Both the position numbers and the translations under genes were made by a program. DNA of 59,557 nucleotides from a virus (taxonomy: Duplodnaviria; Caudoviricetes), in IMG/VR virus record IMGVR_UViG_3300018080_000200, positions 1 to 59,557 of that record; one strand, given 5' to 3'. Positions 1 to 9,653 of the stretch are shown one piece after another. Numbering within the stretch: position 1 is the stretch's first letter; the number at the start of each line of letters is the position of its first letter. Under the pieces are notes generated by a model. That model was not told where the DNA came from. It worked only from the letters and a program-made list of their open reading frames with translations, and did no database searches.

Positions 1-35
1 CTACACGGGATTTTCAAGCCTGTGGACATGGAAGC
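1..35 (+). repeat. Terminal direct repeat (contig end overlap with 59523-59557)
   Basis: ctacacgggattttcaagcctgtggacatggaagc is identical at 1-35 and 59523-59557. Confidence 0.97.
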
Positions 36-123
36 GCTGATCATATCTTCGGATTTGATGAAACTACTGTGGTTGAAGCAGGAACCGGAAACGCGCATTC
101 GTGCGCACTTTTTGGATAGCAGG
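1..123 (+). mobile_element. Right part of 209-bp IS607/TnpB-like non-autonomous element (copy 2, continuing from 59437 across the junction)
   Basis: 2-123 matches 58961-59082 except one substitution; ends ...ttggatagcagg; UUCG hairpins at 40-59 and 93-106. Confidence 0.7.
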
Positions 124-174
124 CAGGAAAGCCTAAGAAATACGAAGGCCCTGTTCTAACTGTAAAATAGTTTT

Positions 175-525
175 ATGAGGTACAACATGCCAATTACAAA
201 CCAGGACATTGGAATGCGGGCTTATATGGAGGGGTTCAAAGGTGAACTTCTTACTAAAATAGCCCAAGGAGCTTACTATGGCCCTCCAGGTATGCCAGGC
301 CCACAGGGTCCTGTCCAGTCGGCTGCTGCAAGTGCTGGAGCTGGATTACCAGCCGATATGACTGAAGCTCAATTTGAGAACCCTGCGCTGCAAGAGCAGC
401 TATCTGGCCCAGCTTCGGAGGCCCAACCAGTGGACTTTACTCCGGAAGAGCTACAGTATCTACAGCAATTGCTATCTAGTCAATTGCAAAGTGGGTATGG
501 AGGCATGTATGGCGGATCTTATTGA
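175..525 (+). CDS. Hypothetical P/Q/G-rich virion-associated protein with GF..KxA leader
   Basis: AYMEGFKGELLTKIA leader followed by low-complexity body. Confidence 0.7.
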   Translation: MRYNMPITNQDIGMRAYMEGFKGELLTKIAQGAYYGPPGMPGPQGPVQSAAASAGAGLPADMTEAQFENPALQEQLSGPASEAQPVDFTPEELQYLQQLLSSQLQSGYGGMYGGSY

Positions 526-1075
526 TAAACAAGGGTATATCGTGGGGTTCGTTAAAACCGCTAGTCGTACCCTAGACATCTCCGAGGATGATGCAACAGG
601 TCTTCTGTGCATATATTGTCTTGAGAAATCTGCTGAAATTCCTTGGTTAAAGGATGTAGGCAATTTTCTTAGTAAAGCTTACGGAAGCGATATCCGGAAC
701 ATGGATTGGAAGCACCATCTAGCCCGATTAGGATTGGGTGCGGTTGGGGGTGGACTCCTTAGTGGAGTAGTCGGAAAGAACCCCTTGTGGGGGGCTATGC
801 TCGGCGGAGGAGCCTCGTTAGCTGCACCAATTGGAAGAGGTATTTATGAAGCCTGGAATGCTCCAGGAGGATACTTTGGGGATTTCTGGAAGAAATACGG
901 TGCTAAGTACAAACAACTAAATCCTTCGCAACAGAGAGGCTTTATGAAAGAGTGGCAGAGGATATCTCAACTTCCTACGATGAAAGGTAAAAAGTGGGGT
1001 GATATTCTTGCGGCTACTAAGAAAACTTTAGGTAGAATACAACCTTACAAACCTCTCTATCAACAGAGGCAGTGA
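509..1075 (+). CDS. Glycine-zipper protein with KxA leader (putative internal head/ejected protein)
   Basis: Start moved to ATG 509 (ggagg SD at 499-503); GYIVGFVKTA, EKSA; GLGAVGGGLLSG..GAMLGGGA zipper. Confidence 0.75.
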   Translation: MADLIDKQGYIVGFVKTASRTLDISEDDATGLLCIYCLEKSAEIPWLKDVGNFLSKAYGSDIRNMDWKHHLARLGLGAVGGGLLSGVVGKNPLWGAMLGGGASLAAPIGRGIYEAWNAPGGYFGDFWKKYGAKYKQLNPSQQRGFMKEWQRISQLPTMKGKKWGDILAATKKTLGRIQPYKPLYQQRQ

Positions 1076-1524
1076 TGTCTAAATTACAATTTTATAACGG
1101 TTTTATGACCAAGTGTGCCGCCTTAGGGCTTACAACGCAAGATAGTTTAAACCTATGGAAAGAAGCTATGGTAGATCCGAGTATCTTGGGTATTGCCTCT
1201 ACTAAGCTAGACCCTAAAGAGTACTACAAACGTACTGGACAGCTTTTGGATAAGGGTAAATCTAGTAAGGTTAAGACCCCAGCCCCAGTACAGAAAGCCA
1301 CCAAAAAGGCTAATCTGTTAGAGTTAGCGGAGGAATACCGCATTCCTCAGGTTAATGAATACTTCTGTAAGTGTGCGGAGGAAGGGATCAACACTAAAGA
1401 CAGTGTGATGGCTCTATTAGAGCATTTAGGGCTGTCCAAGAAGGCTGATATTCAATTCAATTACAATTATCAGGACCCATTCGTGGCACTTGCCGATTGT
1501 ATGTTACAAATTGGGAGCAAATAA
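1072..1524 (+). CDS. Hypothetical protein with repeated KxA motifs
   Basis: FYNGFMTKCAALG, WKEA, CKCAEEG; GTGA/TAATG overlaps with neighbours. Confidence 0.75.
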   Translation: MMSKLQFYNGFMTKCAALGLTTQDSLNLWKEAMVDPSILGIASTKLDPKEYYKRTGQLLDKGKSSKVKTPAPVQKATKKANLLELAEEYRIPQVNEYFCKCAEEGINTKDSVMALLEHLGLSKKADIQFNYNYQDPFVALADCMLQIGSK

Positions 1525-1952
1525 TGACTGGTGAAGAACTTTTGAAACAAACGTTTTGGGCTGGTTATCAGGATGAGATGAAGAAGATGGCTGCTGGGCG
1601 AATGATGCCCACCGAGGGGCCGGAAGCTGTTGGATTAGAAGATCCTGACGCAGCCACTAAGGCATTACTAAAGGCTTTGGCTGAACGTGGAGGCTCGGCA
1701 GGTATCGGCGCTGCCGGTGGGGCTGGTCTCGGAGCTGGTCTTGGCGCGTTAGCTGGCGCACCTGGGACTGGAGCTGCCCTTGGCGGGGCCGCTGGATTAG
1801 CCGGAGGTGCTGCGCTTCCGGAGTTGCAGGCAATTGCAGAAAGATACGGCCCTGAAGCTTTAGAAACTATTATGAAGTTTTTTGGGGCAGGTGAAGGAAC
1901 ACCTGCAAGTGGTGGAGTTAATCCTCAGAGTCTTGGTAGAACGGTTAGGTAA
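1524..1952 (+). CDS. Glycine-zipper protein with KxA leader
   Basis: Start at TAATG overlap; FWAGYQDEMKKMAA then long GxxxG run. Confidence 0.75.
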   Translation: MTGEELLKQTFWAGYQDEMKKMAAGRMMPTEGPEAVGLEDPDAATKALLKALAERGGSAGIGAAGGAGLGAGLGALAGAPGTGAALGGAAGLAGGAALPELQAIAERYGPEALETIMKFFGAGEGTPASGGVNPQSLGRTVR

Positions 1953-1957
1953 TTTAC

Positions 1958-2272
1958 ATGTCATACGGAAAATGCACGATTCAAGCAGTAACTGCTGTTC
2001 CGGCTGAGATCATTTTCGTAAAGTCTATTTCTCCGTCTGCTCCTCATGAAGTGTGCCATGCCGTTTGGTTGCATAACCATGGAACTGCTACAATACACTA
2101 TACGTATAATATAGAAACTAACCCTAATCCTGACCCTGCTACGGGTAACTCATTTGAGCTTTTAGCGGGGGAACAGATTATACTTGGGGGGCATGATGGA
2201 GAACAGATAAAACGAATGCGCTTTTTAGTTAGTGTGGGGACGGGTGTCTTTAAATGGGCTCGTATGTGGTAA
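1958..2272 (+). CDS. Small beta-rich virion protein (hypothetical)
   Basis: 104-aa ORF in tight operon; beta-strand pattern. Confidence 0.6.
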   Translation: MSYGKCTIQAVTAVPAEIIFVKSISPSAPHEVCHAVWLHNHGTATIHYTYNIETNPNPDPATGNSFELLAGEQIILGGHDGEQIKRMRFLVSVGTGVFKWARMW

Positions 2273-2290
2273 TACGCAGTAGAGGATACT

Positions 2291-2671
2291 ATGTCTTTTA
2301 TAATGGTTGTTAGAGGAGGCAGCGGAGGTGGGGGTACAGTTCATAATAGCCTTAGTGGGTTAGAAGGTGTAGGACCAGAGTTTATTCATTTAAGCCAAGT
2401 AGAGTACAATACGCTTCTTAGTAGTGTAGAACAAAGATTCGGCGTAGCTGCTATAGGAACAAGCACTGTTGTACTAACAGTTACGTTTGGTACCCCATTT
2501 ATTGGATCTCCAGATTATAATGTTAGTTTCTCGTTTAGTAATGACGTCGATCCTGCCCCTAATGCCCTTACTGGAATGGTTATTCAGCGCACTTTAACCC
2601 AAATGACAATCGAAATTGCAGGTGAAGTTGATACCGGTAACTATAAAATGTTTTGGAGAGCTTATAGGTAA
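2291..2671 (+). CDS. Short fibre-associated protein with gp53-like/H-type-lectin-like C-terminal domain
   Basis: SD gagga; VTFGTPF...YNVSFS...WRAY resembles the C-terminus of 2684..4369. Confidence 0.55.
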   Translation: MSFIMVVRGGSGGGGTVHNSLSGLEGVGPEFIHLSQVEYNTLLSSVEQRFGVAAIGTSTVVLTVTFGTPFIGSPDYNVSFSFSNDVDPAPNALTGMVIQRTLTQMTIEIAGEVDTGNYKMFWRAYR

Positions 2672-2683
2672 GAGGAGATTCAT

Positions 2684-4369
2684 ATGTTACTTACAGCTGA
2701 AGGTTTAATTAACCCCGCTACTAGTGGTAACGTTACTATTGATGCTACCAATGGTGGAAATATCTACTTTGATTTAGGAGATACTGCGGGAGTTAAACAG
2801 GCTATATTCCGCGATTCCGGTGGGGCGCCGGTTTTAACAATTAACTCGGATGGCGATGCTGTTTTAGAAGGTAATCTACAGGTAAAAGGTGACTCGGTTA
2901 TTTTTGAAACTGGTACCAAACTTGTTGAGGATAACCTAATAGGTTTAAACTATGTGGCTTCCGGGGGAGCCCCTACTTTAGTATCAGCAGGTATCTATAT
3001 TCAACGAGAAGATTTAGCTGTGGAGGGGGAACCGACTGCAGGTACTGCGAGTGCTACGCATAGACAATTTATTTGGCATGAGAGCAACGATGCATGGTCT
3101 ATACAAGTAAACGCTACAGATATTGTCTCTATTCCCTATAGTAATGGCACTCCTTCCACAGCTTTTGCTGCCAGTAATCCCAATTTAGCTACACGCGGGG
3201 CTGCGGTAGGTACTTCTGGAGCAGCACAAATTGGAGTATATGATGACTCTTCTTTTGTGTTTATTGCAACTCCTGGGGAAGTCCAAGAGGCGCTTCGACA
3301 ACTCGATGCCGCGATAGATGGGCTTGGGGTTACAGGGTTTGCCACCCCTAATCTAACGCTGGGAACATCCAATGCAGCCGGATCTGCTACTACTGTTATA
3401 CGCTCAGATGCTACCATCTTGGTATTTGATGGTACCACTCCGGCTAATGTCAGTACTTCTGGCGCTACTGGGAGTGCCACAGTTACTGCTAGAAGAGACC
3501 ATGTTCATGGACATGGGCAGATAATCGGTGGGGCCTCTTTAGCAAATTCCTACCACGATGCAAGAGACGTTAATACGACTAACTTTGCATCTCCTAGTAA
3601 CTATACTCCTGTTATAGGATCAGATGGTAATGCTAATTTTGTATCTGTAGAAGACCATTTGAGAGCTATCGATACAGCTATTGGTACGGCTACGGCAAAT
3701 GCCTATGGTACCATTAACGGTAATACAGGAACTGCTGTAGCAGCCTCTGCATCAGATACTATTACCATTACCGGTACAGACGGAATTAGTGCTGTTGCTA
3801 CTAATGGCTCTCCAGACACACTACAATTTTCTCCTACTTTTGCTGCCCCAGGGTTTACTCTCGGGATTGCGGCAGCGGCAGGGTCTGCGTCTTCTTTTGT
3901 TCGTTCGGATGCGACTATTGCTATTTTTGATTCTACTAATCCTACAACGATTCAACCCGATGATGCAGCGGCGGTTGGCACAGCCGCATTCACTGCTAGA
4001 CGAGACCACCAGCATGCTATTGCTACTGATACTCCTGTAGGGATTGGTGGAGTTTTAGCTGAGGGTACCTCTACTAGCTTTGCTAGAGCAGACCACGTGC
4101 ATACTGTGGACTTTTCCGACGGAGCAAATGTAAAAGGAGGTTCAGCAGATATAGGCAGTGGGTCGACATCTGTGGCAGTAACGTTTAGTACAGCGTTTAG
4201 TACAGCCTGTACTAGAGTTGTATGCACAATAGAGAATACTACGGACGGTTCTCCGTTGGCTATTGTTGTTACTATTACAGCACGTACCACTACTGGGTTT
4301 ACAGCCACTCTTTCCGGGGCTACCGATAGTGCTAACTACGATTTACATTGGGTTGCTTATGGAAGTTAA
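2684..4369 (+). CDS. Tail fibre protein
   Basis: SD aggag; T/A/G/S-rich; repeats RSDATI..ARRDHVH / ARRDHQH / ARADHVH; C-terminal VTFSTAFS..TTTGFT..WVAYG domain. Confidence 0.7.
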   Translation: MLLTAEGLINPATSGNVTIDATNGGNIYFDLGDTAGVKQAIFRDSGGAPVLTINSDGDAVLEGNLQVKGDSVIFETGTKLVEDNLIGLNYVASGGAPTLVSAGIYIQREDLAVEGEPTAGTASATHRQFIWHESNDAWSIQVNATDIVSIPYSNGTPSTAFAASNPNLATRGAAVGTSGAAQIGVYDDSSFVFIATPGEVQEALRQLDAAIDGLGVTGFATPNLTLGTSNAAGSATTVIRSDATILVFDGTTPANVSTSGATGSATVTARRDHVHGHGQIIGGASLANSYHDARDVNTTNFASPSNYTPVIGSDGNANFVSVEDHLRAIDTAIGTATANAYGTINGNTGTAVAASASDTITITGTDGISAVATNGSPDTLQFSPTFAAPGFTLGIAAAAGSASSFVRSDATIAIFDSTNPTTIQPDDAAAVGTAAFTARRDHQHAIATDTPVGIGGVLAEGTSTSFARADHVHTVDFSDGANVKGGSADIGSGSTSVAVTFSTAFSTACTRVVCTIENTTDGSPLAIVVTITARTTTGFTATLSGATDSANYDLHWVAYGS

Positions 4370-4405
4370 TGTGGGGCTTGGATTAAAAGGTATATACAAT
4401 ACGCT

Positions 4406-4762
4406 ATGTCATTTATTTACATCGTGTGTGATCCATCCTCTGGGTCTACCCCTTCAACCCCTACCATTTATGATAATGGTAACAGCGGTACAGCGGCGAC
4501 GATAGATTGGTCTAGAAGTAATTTACAGCAGATAACGCTGGATAATGATTGTACATTTACCTTCACCAATCCAACAGAGGGACAATCTTGTAAATTATAT
4601 ATTATCCAAGACGGCGTTGGTGGGCATGTTATTACATGGCCAAGTCTGACTTGGGACAAAAACGTTGAACCGACTTGGTCTACTCTGTCAGGTATTCTCA
4701 ATATAGCTTTTTTAGATTACTTTGGGTCTGCGTGGGTCGGTGCTGGGTGGACTCCTGTCTAA
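4406..4762 (+). CDS. Fibre-associated beta-sandwich protein
   Basis: TIDWSRSNLQQITLDNDCTFTFTNP..IIQDGVGGHVITWP, a pattern common in phage fibre domains. Confidence 0.6.
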   Translation: MSFIYIVCDPSSGSTPSTPTIYDNGNSGTAATIDWSRSNLQQITLDNDCTFTFTNPTEGQSCKLYIIQDGVGGHVITWPSLTWDKNVEPTWSTLSGILNIAFLDYFGSAWVGAGWTPV

Positions 4763-4777
4763 ATGTGTGGGGAACTT

Positions 4778-5041
4778 ATGAAAGTTAAGATAATCGATAT
4801 TAATACTAGTAGTAATGCGAGTATCGTTATAACATACAAGGTGTACACTGATGCTGAGGTTTATCAGTATACTGATACAATTGGGTTACATAATTTGGAA
4901 ACTTCAGACCAAAACGCTGTTTTGCTGTATATTAAAGAGGGTCTAAGTGCTCGTATTTCGCAGAAACAGGCGGAGGAAGCTTCAATATTATCCGCTACAG
5001 CAAACAGTAAAATGGATATTATGTGGGATTTAAGTGGCTGA
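4778..5041 (+). CDS. Hypothetical protein (possible fibre chaperone)
   Basis: ATG 4778 after gggga SD; lies between fibre genes. Confidence 0.55.
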   Translation: MKVKIIDINTSSNASIVITYKVYTDAEVYQYTDTIGLHNLETSDQNAVLLYIKEGLSARISQKQAEEASILSATANSKMDIMWDLSG

Positions 5042-6269
5042 TTTTGTTTCAAAGTGGCATGTTACTCCTGGGTACATGGATATTATATTACCACTACACA
5101 GTGGTGGAGTATATAATTTTACAGTTGACTACGGAGATGGTTCAGGGCCAAAGACCGTTACTGCTTACAATGATCCAAACGCAACCCATACCTATACCGT
5201 GGCAGCTCAGTACACAGTAATAATTTCAGGGACTATAATTGGGTGGACGTTTTCTGGAAATCCAACTAATGCTAGTAAATTTGACGAGATTTTACAATGG
5301 GGAGATCTTAGACTAGGAAATACTGGACGAAATTTCTATTATTGTTCAAATCTACAAGTCACCGCAGTAGACCCATTAGATTTAACTGGCACAACTACTC
5401 TTAGTGAGATGTTTAATTTTTGCTCTGGTATGACCAGCATATATGCTGAAAATTGGGATACTAGTAGTATTACTGATATGTACTCAGTGTTTTACCATTG
5501 TACCTCTCTAACATCGGTATATATTTCTTCTTGGGATGTTAGCAATGTACTCGATATGTCTTGGATGTTTATGTTTGACCTTGCTCTTTCTACTATAGAT
5601 TTATCCTCTTGGGATACGGGCAGCGTAACAAACTTTGGGGCTATGTTTGTATATTGTCTAGGTATAGCAGATTTCAGTATGTTGGAAAACTGGGATACTA
5701 GCAGTGCGACTACTATGTGGGGTATGTTTTACTATACTAGCGTGTCTAGTTTTAGTGTGGAAAATTGGGATACAAGTAATGTTACTGATATGAACAGTAT
5801 GTTTGCATACTGCAGTTATCTAGTCAGAGTTGATTTTTTACGAGATTGGGATGTAAGTAAAGTTACTAACTTTAGTACTATGTTCCAAAGTTGTACTAAT
5901 TTAGTGGAAATAGATTTGAGATATTGGGATACCAGCAGTGCTGCGAATATGAACGCTATGTTTTACTACTGTACTTCTCTGGTTGCTCCTCATTGCTACA
6001 ACTTTAGTATTAGAAATACCACAGAATTAAATCGTATGTTTTATCAGACAAATTTACGAACAAATGTATATAGTGCTATTTTGATATCCTTTGCTAAACA
6101 AGTAACAGGCATCCCTAGCACTATACAATGGATTAATGCTATTAAGTACTATTTGGGTAGAACAGCGGATGCTAGAGATTATTTAATTAATACGGTGGGG
6201 TGGAGTATTGTAGATAGTGGTGATGATGGGGTTATGCAGTCTAGTGGAAAAGTATTATGTACTGTTTAA
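5034..6269 (+). CDS. DUF285/BspA-type repeat surface protein with N-terminal PKD-like domain
   Basis: Seven W-D-[TV]-[SG]-x-[VIA]-x-x-[MF]-x-x-[MV]-F repeats of about 25 aa plus two degenerate ones; FTVDYGDGS..THTY PKD motif. Confidence 0.85.
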   Translation: MADFVSKWHVTPGYMDIILPLHSGGVYNFTVDYGDGSGPKTVTAYNDPNATHTYTVAAQYTVIISGTIIGWTFSGNPTNASKFDEILQWGDLRLGNTGRNFYYCSNLQVTAVDPLDLTGTTTLSEMFNFCSGMTSIYAENWDTSSITDMYSVFYHCTSLTSVYISSWDVSNVLDMSWMFMFDLALSTIDLSSWDTGSVTNFGAMFVYCLGIADFSMLENWDTSSATTMWGMFYYTSVSSFSVENWDTSNVTDMNSMFAYCSYLVRVDFLRDWDVSKVTNFSTMFQSCTNLVEIDLRYWDTSSAANMNAMFYYCTSLVAPHCYNFSIRNTTELNRMFYQTNLRTNVYSAILISFAKQVTGIPSTIQWINAIKYYLGRTADARDYLINTVGWSIVDSGDDGVMQSSGKVLCTV

Positions 6270-6290
6270 ACTAATGTATAGTATAATATT

Positions 6291-6632
6291 ATGAAGTATA
6301 CAGTGTTATTACTACTGTTGTTTACAGGGTGTGCTTATCCTACAACGGAGTACCAGATCGTTTTGAGTGCTAAGCATGCTTCTGAGGATTGTTTTGAAGC
6401 AGCCAGCAAGTGCGTAGCCAAGCTAAGGAAATTAGAGTATCCTAAGGTTACTCTATGCACTGGATTATTAGATATTGGAGAGCATGCGTGGGTAGAGTAT
6501 AGTATGGAAGGTATCCGTATGGTATTAGACCCATTTGGTAATCCTATGTTGTGTACTAGATCTGAGTTTATTAATAAAGTTATTATAGAAAGAGTACGTG
6601 TAGAGTATACTATTACCAAAAGTGTCCCTTAG
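6291..6632 (+). CDS. Small lipoprotein with transglutaminase-like Cys-His-Asp motif
   Basis: MKYTVLLLLLFTG|C lipobox; EDCFE, EHAWVE, VLDP. Confidence 0.6.
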   Translation: MKYTVLLLLLFTGCAYPTTEYQIVLSAKHASEDCFEAASKCVAKLRKLEYPKVTLCTGLLDIGEHAWVEYSMEGIRMVLDPFGNPMLCTRSEFINKVIIERVRVEYTITKSVP

Positions 6633-6656
6633 TCTCTGGATATTTAAGAGGAGTAT

Positions 6657-8756
6657 ATGAGTAGGACTTCTACAGAAGGTATTACTAATCCTGACGGAGC
6701 AATTACAATAAAGACTCCAAATACTGTTATTTCTGATGGGGATTTGGAGAATAGTGAAGCTAGTCCCTGGCAGGATGAAACAAACAAACAGCTTAGCTGG
6801 AGATCTAAAGATAGTTCTGGCGTTGCTCTGTCGTATGAAGTGAGCAGGCGCCCAGGGTATGATTGGGTAAGTCGTACAAACCCAGAGGATAGCAACTGGT
6901 CTAATATAGCATATGGAAATAATAAGTTTGTTGCTATAGCAAATTCAGGCACTAATCGTGTAATGAGTTCCGAAGATGGGGTTAATTGGAGCATACATGC
7001 AGCTTTAACTACAGGAAGTTGGGTGGGTCTTTGTTATGGTAACGGGTTATTTGTAGCTATTACGGGATCTGCTATTTCAGAGCAGGTACAAATTTCTGTT
7101 GATGGGGAAACCTGGACTGGCGAAACCGCTTCCCATCAAAGCGCTTGGCAAGATATAACTTATGGTAGTGGTCTTTTTGTGGCAGTATCAGCAACTACTG
7201 CAGAAGCTAATGGGGTAATGACTTCTTCGGATGGGATTCTATGGAAAGCGAGAGCAAGTGCAGCACAGAATACGTGGTCTGCTGTTTGTTATGGCAATGG
7301 TTTATTTGTGGCTGTATCTTACTCTGGATCTGGTAACAGAGTAATGACTTCACCAGATGGAGTCTCTTGGACTAGTAGAACAAGTGCAGCAGATAATAAT
7401 TGGAACTCAGTTTGCTTTGGTAAGGGTTTATTTGTTGCAGTAGCTTCTACTGGTACTGATAGAGTAATGACCTCTCCGGATGGAGTAACATGGACATCGC
7501 GGTCAACTCCGGGAGATACTTTAAGCTGGACTGATGTCCACTACGGTGCTAATTTATTTGTAGCTGTAGGGGGCTCTGGCGTTGGAACTAGGGTAATGAC
7601 TTCTATAGACGGTGTTAACTGGGTATTACGTACTAGCGCTGCAGATAATATTTGGAGGGCTGTTACGTATGGCAAGGGTATGTTTGTAGCGATTTCTGCT
7701 ACCGGTACTGGTAATAGGATTATGACATCCGGTACTATTGAGAATAGTGAAGCTCCGCATAACAATATCCATCAAGGTGAACAAATATTCCAGCAGGCTA
7801 TCGCTGTTTTAAACGATGGTGCGTCCCCTATTGTAACAGAAAGAAGATCTTCTTCTACCTCGAGTTCTTTACGTGGCTTAGAGGTACATAGAACTACTAC
7901 TGGTACCTCGGCACCAGGTATAGGGGTGGAAGTAGGTTTTAGGATTCAAGACAGTGGGGGTTCTCTAGAGACCGCTGGTACAATTAAAGGAATTTTGACT
8001 GATACTCCACCTAGCGGTGAAGAAGGCAGTATAGAGTTTGAAGTGGCCTCTGATTCTGGTTTAATTACCGCTGCTAAATTTGTAGGACTCCCTGGAGGAG
8101 TAGCTGAGATAGACTTCTTAGGGTTTCCCCTAAAAGATTACCAAAGAACAGAATTTAGTAAATTTATAGAAGATTTTGATGCTATTTCTCAGACTAATTT
8201 CGCTGCATCGTACGCTATTACAGGGGCGACTAATGATGTTACTTCTAGTGCCAGTTATAACACTATAACAACAGCCGCTTCTGCAGGATCTTCAGGATAC
8301 ACTAGATCTTTATACGCTCAGGGGCATAGGGCTTTACGCACTCGACTTGAGTGTAAGGTAAAACTCTCGCAGGTAGATGCTGATACAGAGTTTTATTTTG
8401 ATTTTAATACTCAGTCTGGTTTAACACATTCTGCAAACGATACTTTTGTGGCGATAGCCTTTAGGAAGAATACTTCAGATTACTGGCAATTACTAGTAGA
8501 CGATGGCTCAGGTACAGAAACACAAACTAGTTCTACTGCTGCAACAACGAATGATACTATATTAGAAGTATGGGTAGAAACAGACGGGACCGTCCACTGG
8601 GCTATTGATGGTGTAGAGCAATCTACTTCTTCTATTACTAAAGTAATGGCAACGTCAGCTCATTATGTAGGATACGCAGTTGTATCTACTACAGGAGGCG
8701 GAGGAGCTGCTAAAACAGCTCTGGTGGATTTCTTTGAAATGGAAAAAGCCAAGTAA
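6657..8756 (+). CDS. Receptor-binding/fibre protein with 7-bladed beta-propeller and C-terminal lectin-like domain
   Basis: Seven W-x-x-[VIL]-x-[YF]-G-x-x-x-F-V-A repeats with SxDGxxW Asp-boxes; SD gaggag. Confidence 0.75.
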   Translation: MSRTSTEGITNPDGAITIKTPNTVISDGDLENSEASPWQDETNKQLSWRSKDSSGVALSYEVSRRPGYDWVSRTNPEDSNWSNIAYGNNKFVAIANSGTNRVMSSEDGVNWSIHAALTTGSWVGLCYGNGLFVAITGSAISEQVQISVDGETWTGETASHQSAWQDITYGSGLFVAVSATTAEANGVMTSSDGILWKARASAAQNTWSAVCYGNGLFVAVSYSGSGNRVMTSPDGVSWTSRTSAADNNWNSVCFGKGLFVAVASTGTDRVMTSPDGVTWTSRSTPGDTLSWTDVHYGANLFVAVGGSGVGTRVMTSIDGVNWVLRTSAADNIWRAVTYGKGMFVAISATGTGNRIMTSGTIENSEAPHNNIHQGEQIFQQAIAVLNDGASPIVTERRSSSTSSSLRGLEVHRTTTGTSAPGIGVEVGFRIQDSGGSLETAGTIKGILTDTPPSGEEGSIEFEVASDSGLITAAKFVGLPGGVAEIDFLGFPLKDYQRTEFSKFIEDFDAISQTNFAASYAITGATNDVTSSASYNTITTAASAGSSGYTRSLYAQGHRALRTRLECKVKLSQVDADTEFYFDFNTQSGLTHSANDTFVAIAFRKNTSDYWQLLVDDGSGTETQTSSTAATTNDTILEVWVETDGTVHWAIDGVEQSTSSITKVMATSAHYVGYAVVSTTGGGGAAKTALVDFFEMEKAK

Positions 8757-8792
8757 TTCAAATAAATATTTATTGTGTGGAGGAGACATGTA

Positions 8793-9131
8793 ATGCCGGT
8801 AAAGCTTTCGATGACATCTAGAAATGGCCACTCTAGCGAACATTTTAAAATAACCTCTCTTACTTTTGATGTCGTAAGCTCTAAAGGCTCTATGACAGTA
8901 CATTTATGGAAAGATAAAGCAGCACGGCTAGCAGGTTGCAAATCTGTTGGTAGGATAGTATTACCTATAGGCCCTGAGGAAGAAACTGACGCAAATGGGT
9001 ATAAACGTGTTATAGGGTATTCTGAGATCCCTTCGCATACTGTAGAGCAAGCGTTAGCCAAATTAAAACAATATAAGCTTCTATTCCAAGGAGTTGAATT
9101 AGATTTTACTCAGGCTGTGGATGACGACTAG
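8793..9131 (+). CDS. Hypothetical protein (possible fibre chaperone)
   Basis: ATG 8793 after aggag SD; follows the propeller gene. Confidence 0.6.
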   Translation: MPVKLSMTSRNGHSSEHFKITSLTFDVVSSKGSMTVHLWKDKAARLAGCKSVGRIVLPIGPEEETDANGYKRVIGYSEIPSHTVEQALAKLKQYKLLFQGVELDFTQAVDDD

Positions 9132-9180
9132 TATGACGTGCAAACTATTAGCAGTATACTTTGTATGTAAGATTTTAAAG

Positions 9181-9208
9181 TTGACATTTTACTGAAAAAA
9201 GTTATTAT
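9181..9208 (+). promoter_or_regulatory. sigma70-like promoter
   Basis: TTGACA (9181-9186) - 16 nt - TATTAT (9203-9208) in an AT-rich intergenic gap. Confidence 0.55.
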
Positions 9209-9224
9209 GAAATCAATTACATAA

Positions 9225-9653
9225 GTGCATAAAAGGCAAGCAATGGCTAATTCAGCTACACCCTGGTGGTTCAACCCACTTACTACTACAATCCCTTCTG
9301 CAGCCTTACTATATTGGCTAGGGGGTAAGGTAGGGAGTTCTTTAGGTGGCCAAGGCAGCTATAAACAGCAGAAGCAATACTCTAATATTGGAAGACTAGC
9401 CGGCGGAACCTTAGGCGGGCTTTTAGGCCTTTTGGGCCATAATCATGTTACAAACGCCCTCACTCGTGAGTTACGGCAACGGGGTCCTGCCTTTACTAGG
9501 AAACTCGAAAACGCTCGTAATAGCAGCTTAGCTTCTATTAGAGAGTTAGACCTTAATGAATTTGGTCAGTTTGATCGTATTAAAAAAGAGTTGGGCACCA
9601 AGTCCGCTGCTCTAAACACTGTTTACGGTATTTTATTAAAGAGGAATAGGTAA
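9225..9653 (+). CDS. Glycine-zipper membrane-like protein
   Basis: GRLAGGTLGGLLGLLG; TKSAA. Confidence 0.65.
   Translation: MHKRQAMANSATPWWFNPLTTTIPSAALLYWLGGKVGSSLGGQGSYKQQKQYSNIGRLAGGTLGGLLGLLGHNHVTNALTRELRQRGPAFTRKLENARNSSLASIRELDLNEFGQFDRIKKELGTKSAALNTVYGILLKRNR

Noticed and set aside
5034-8756. Diversity-generating retroelement target
   Set aside because: No reverse transcriptase and no template/variable repeat pair differing at adenines was seen
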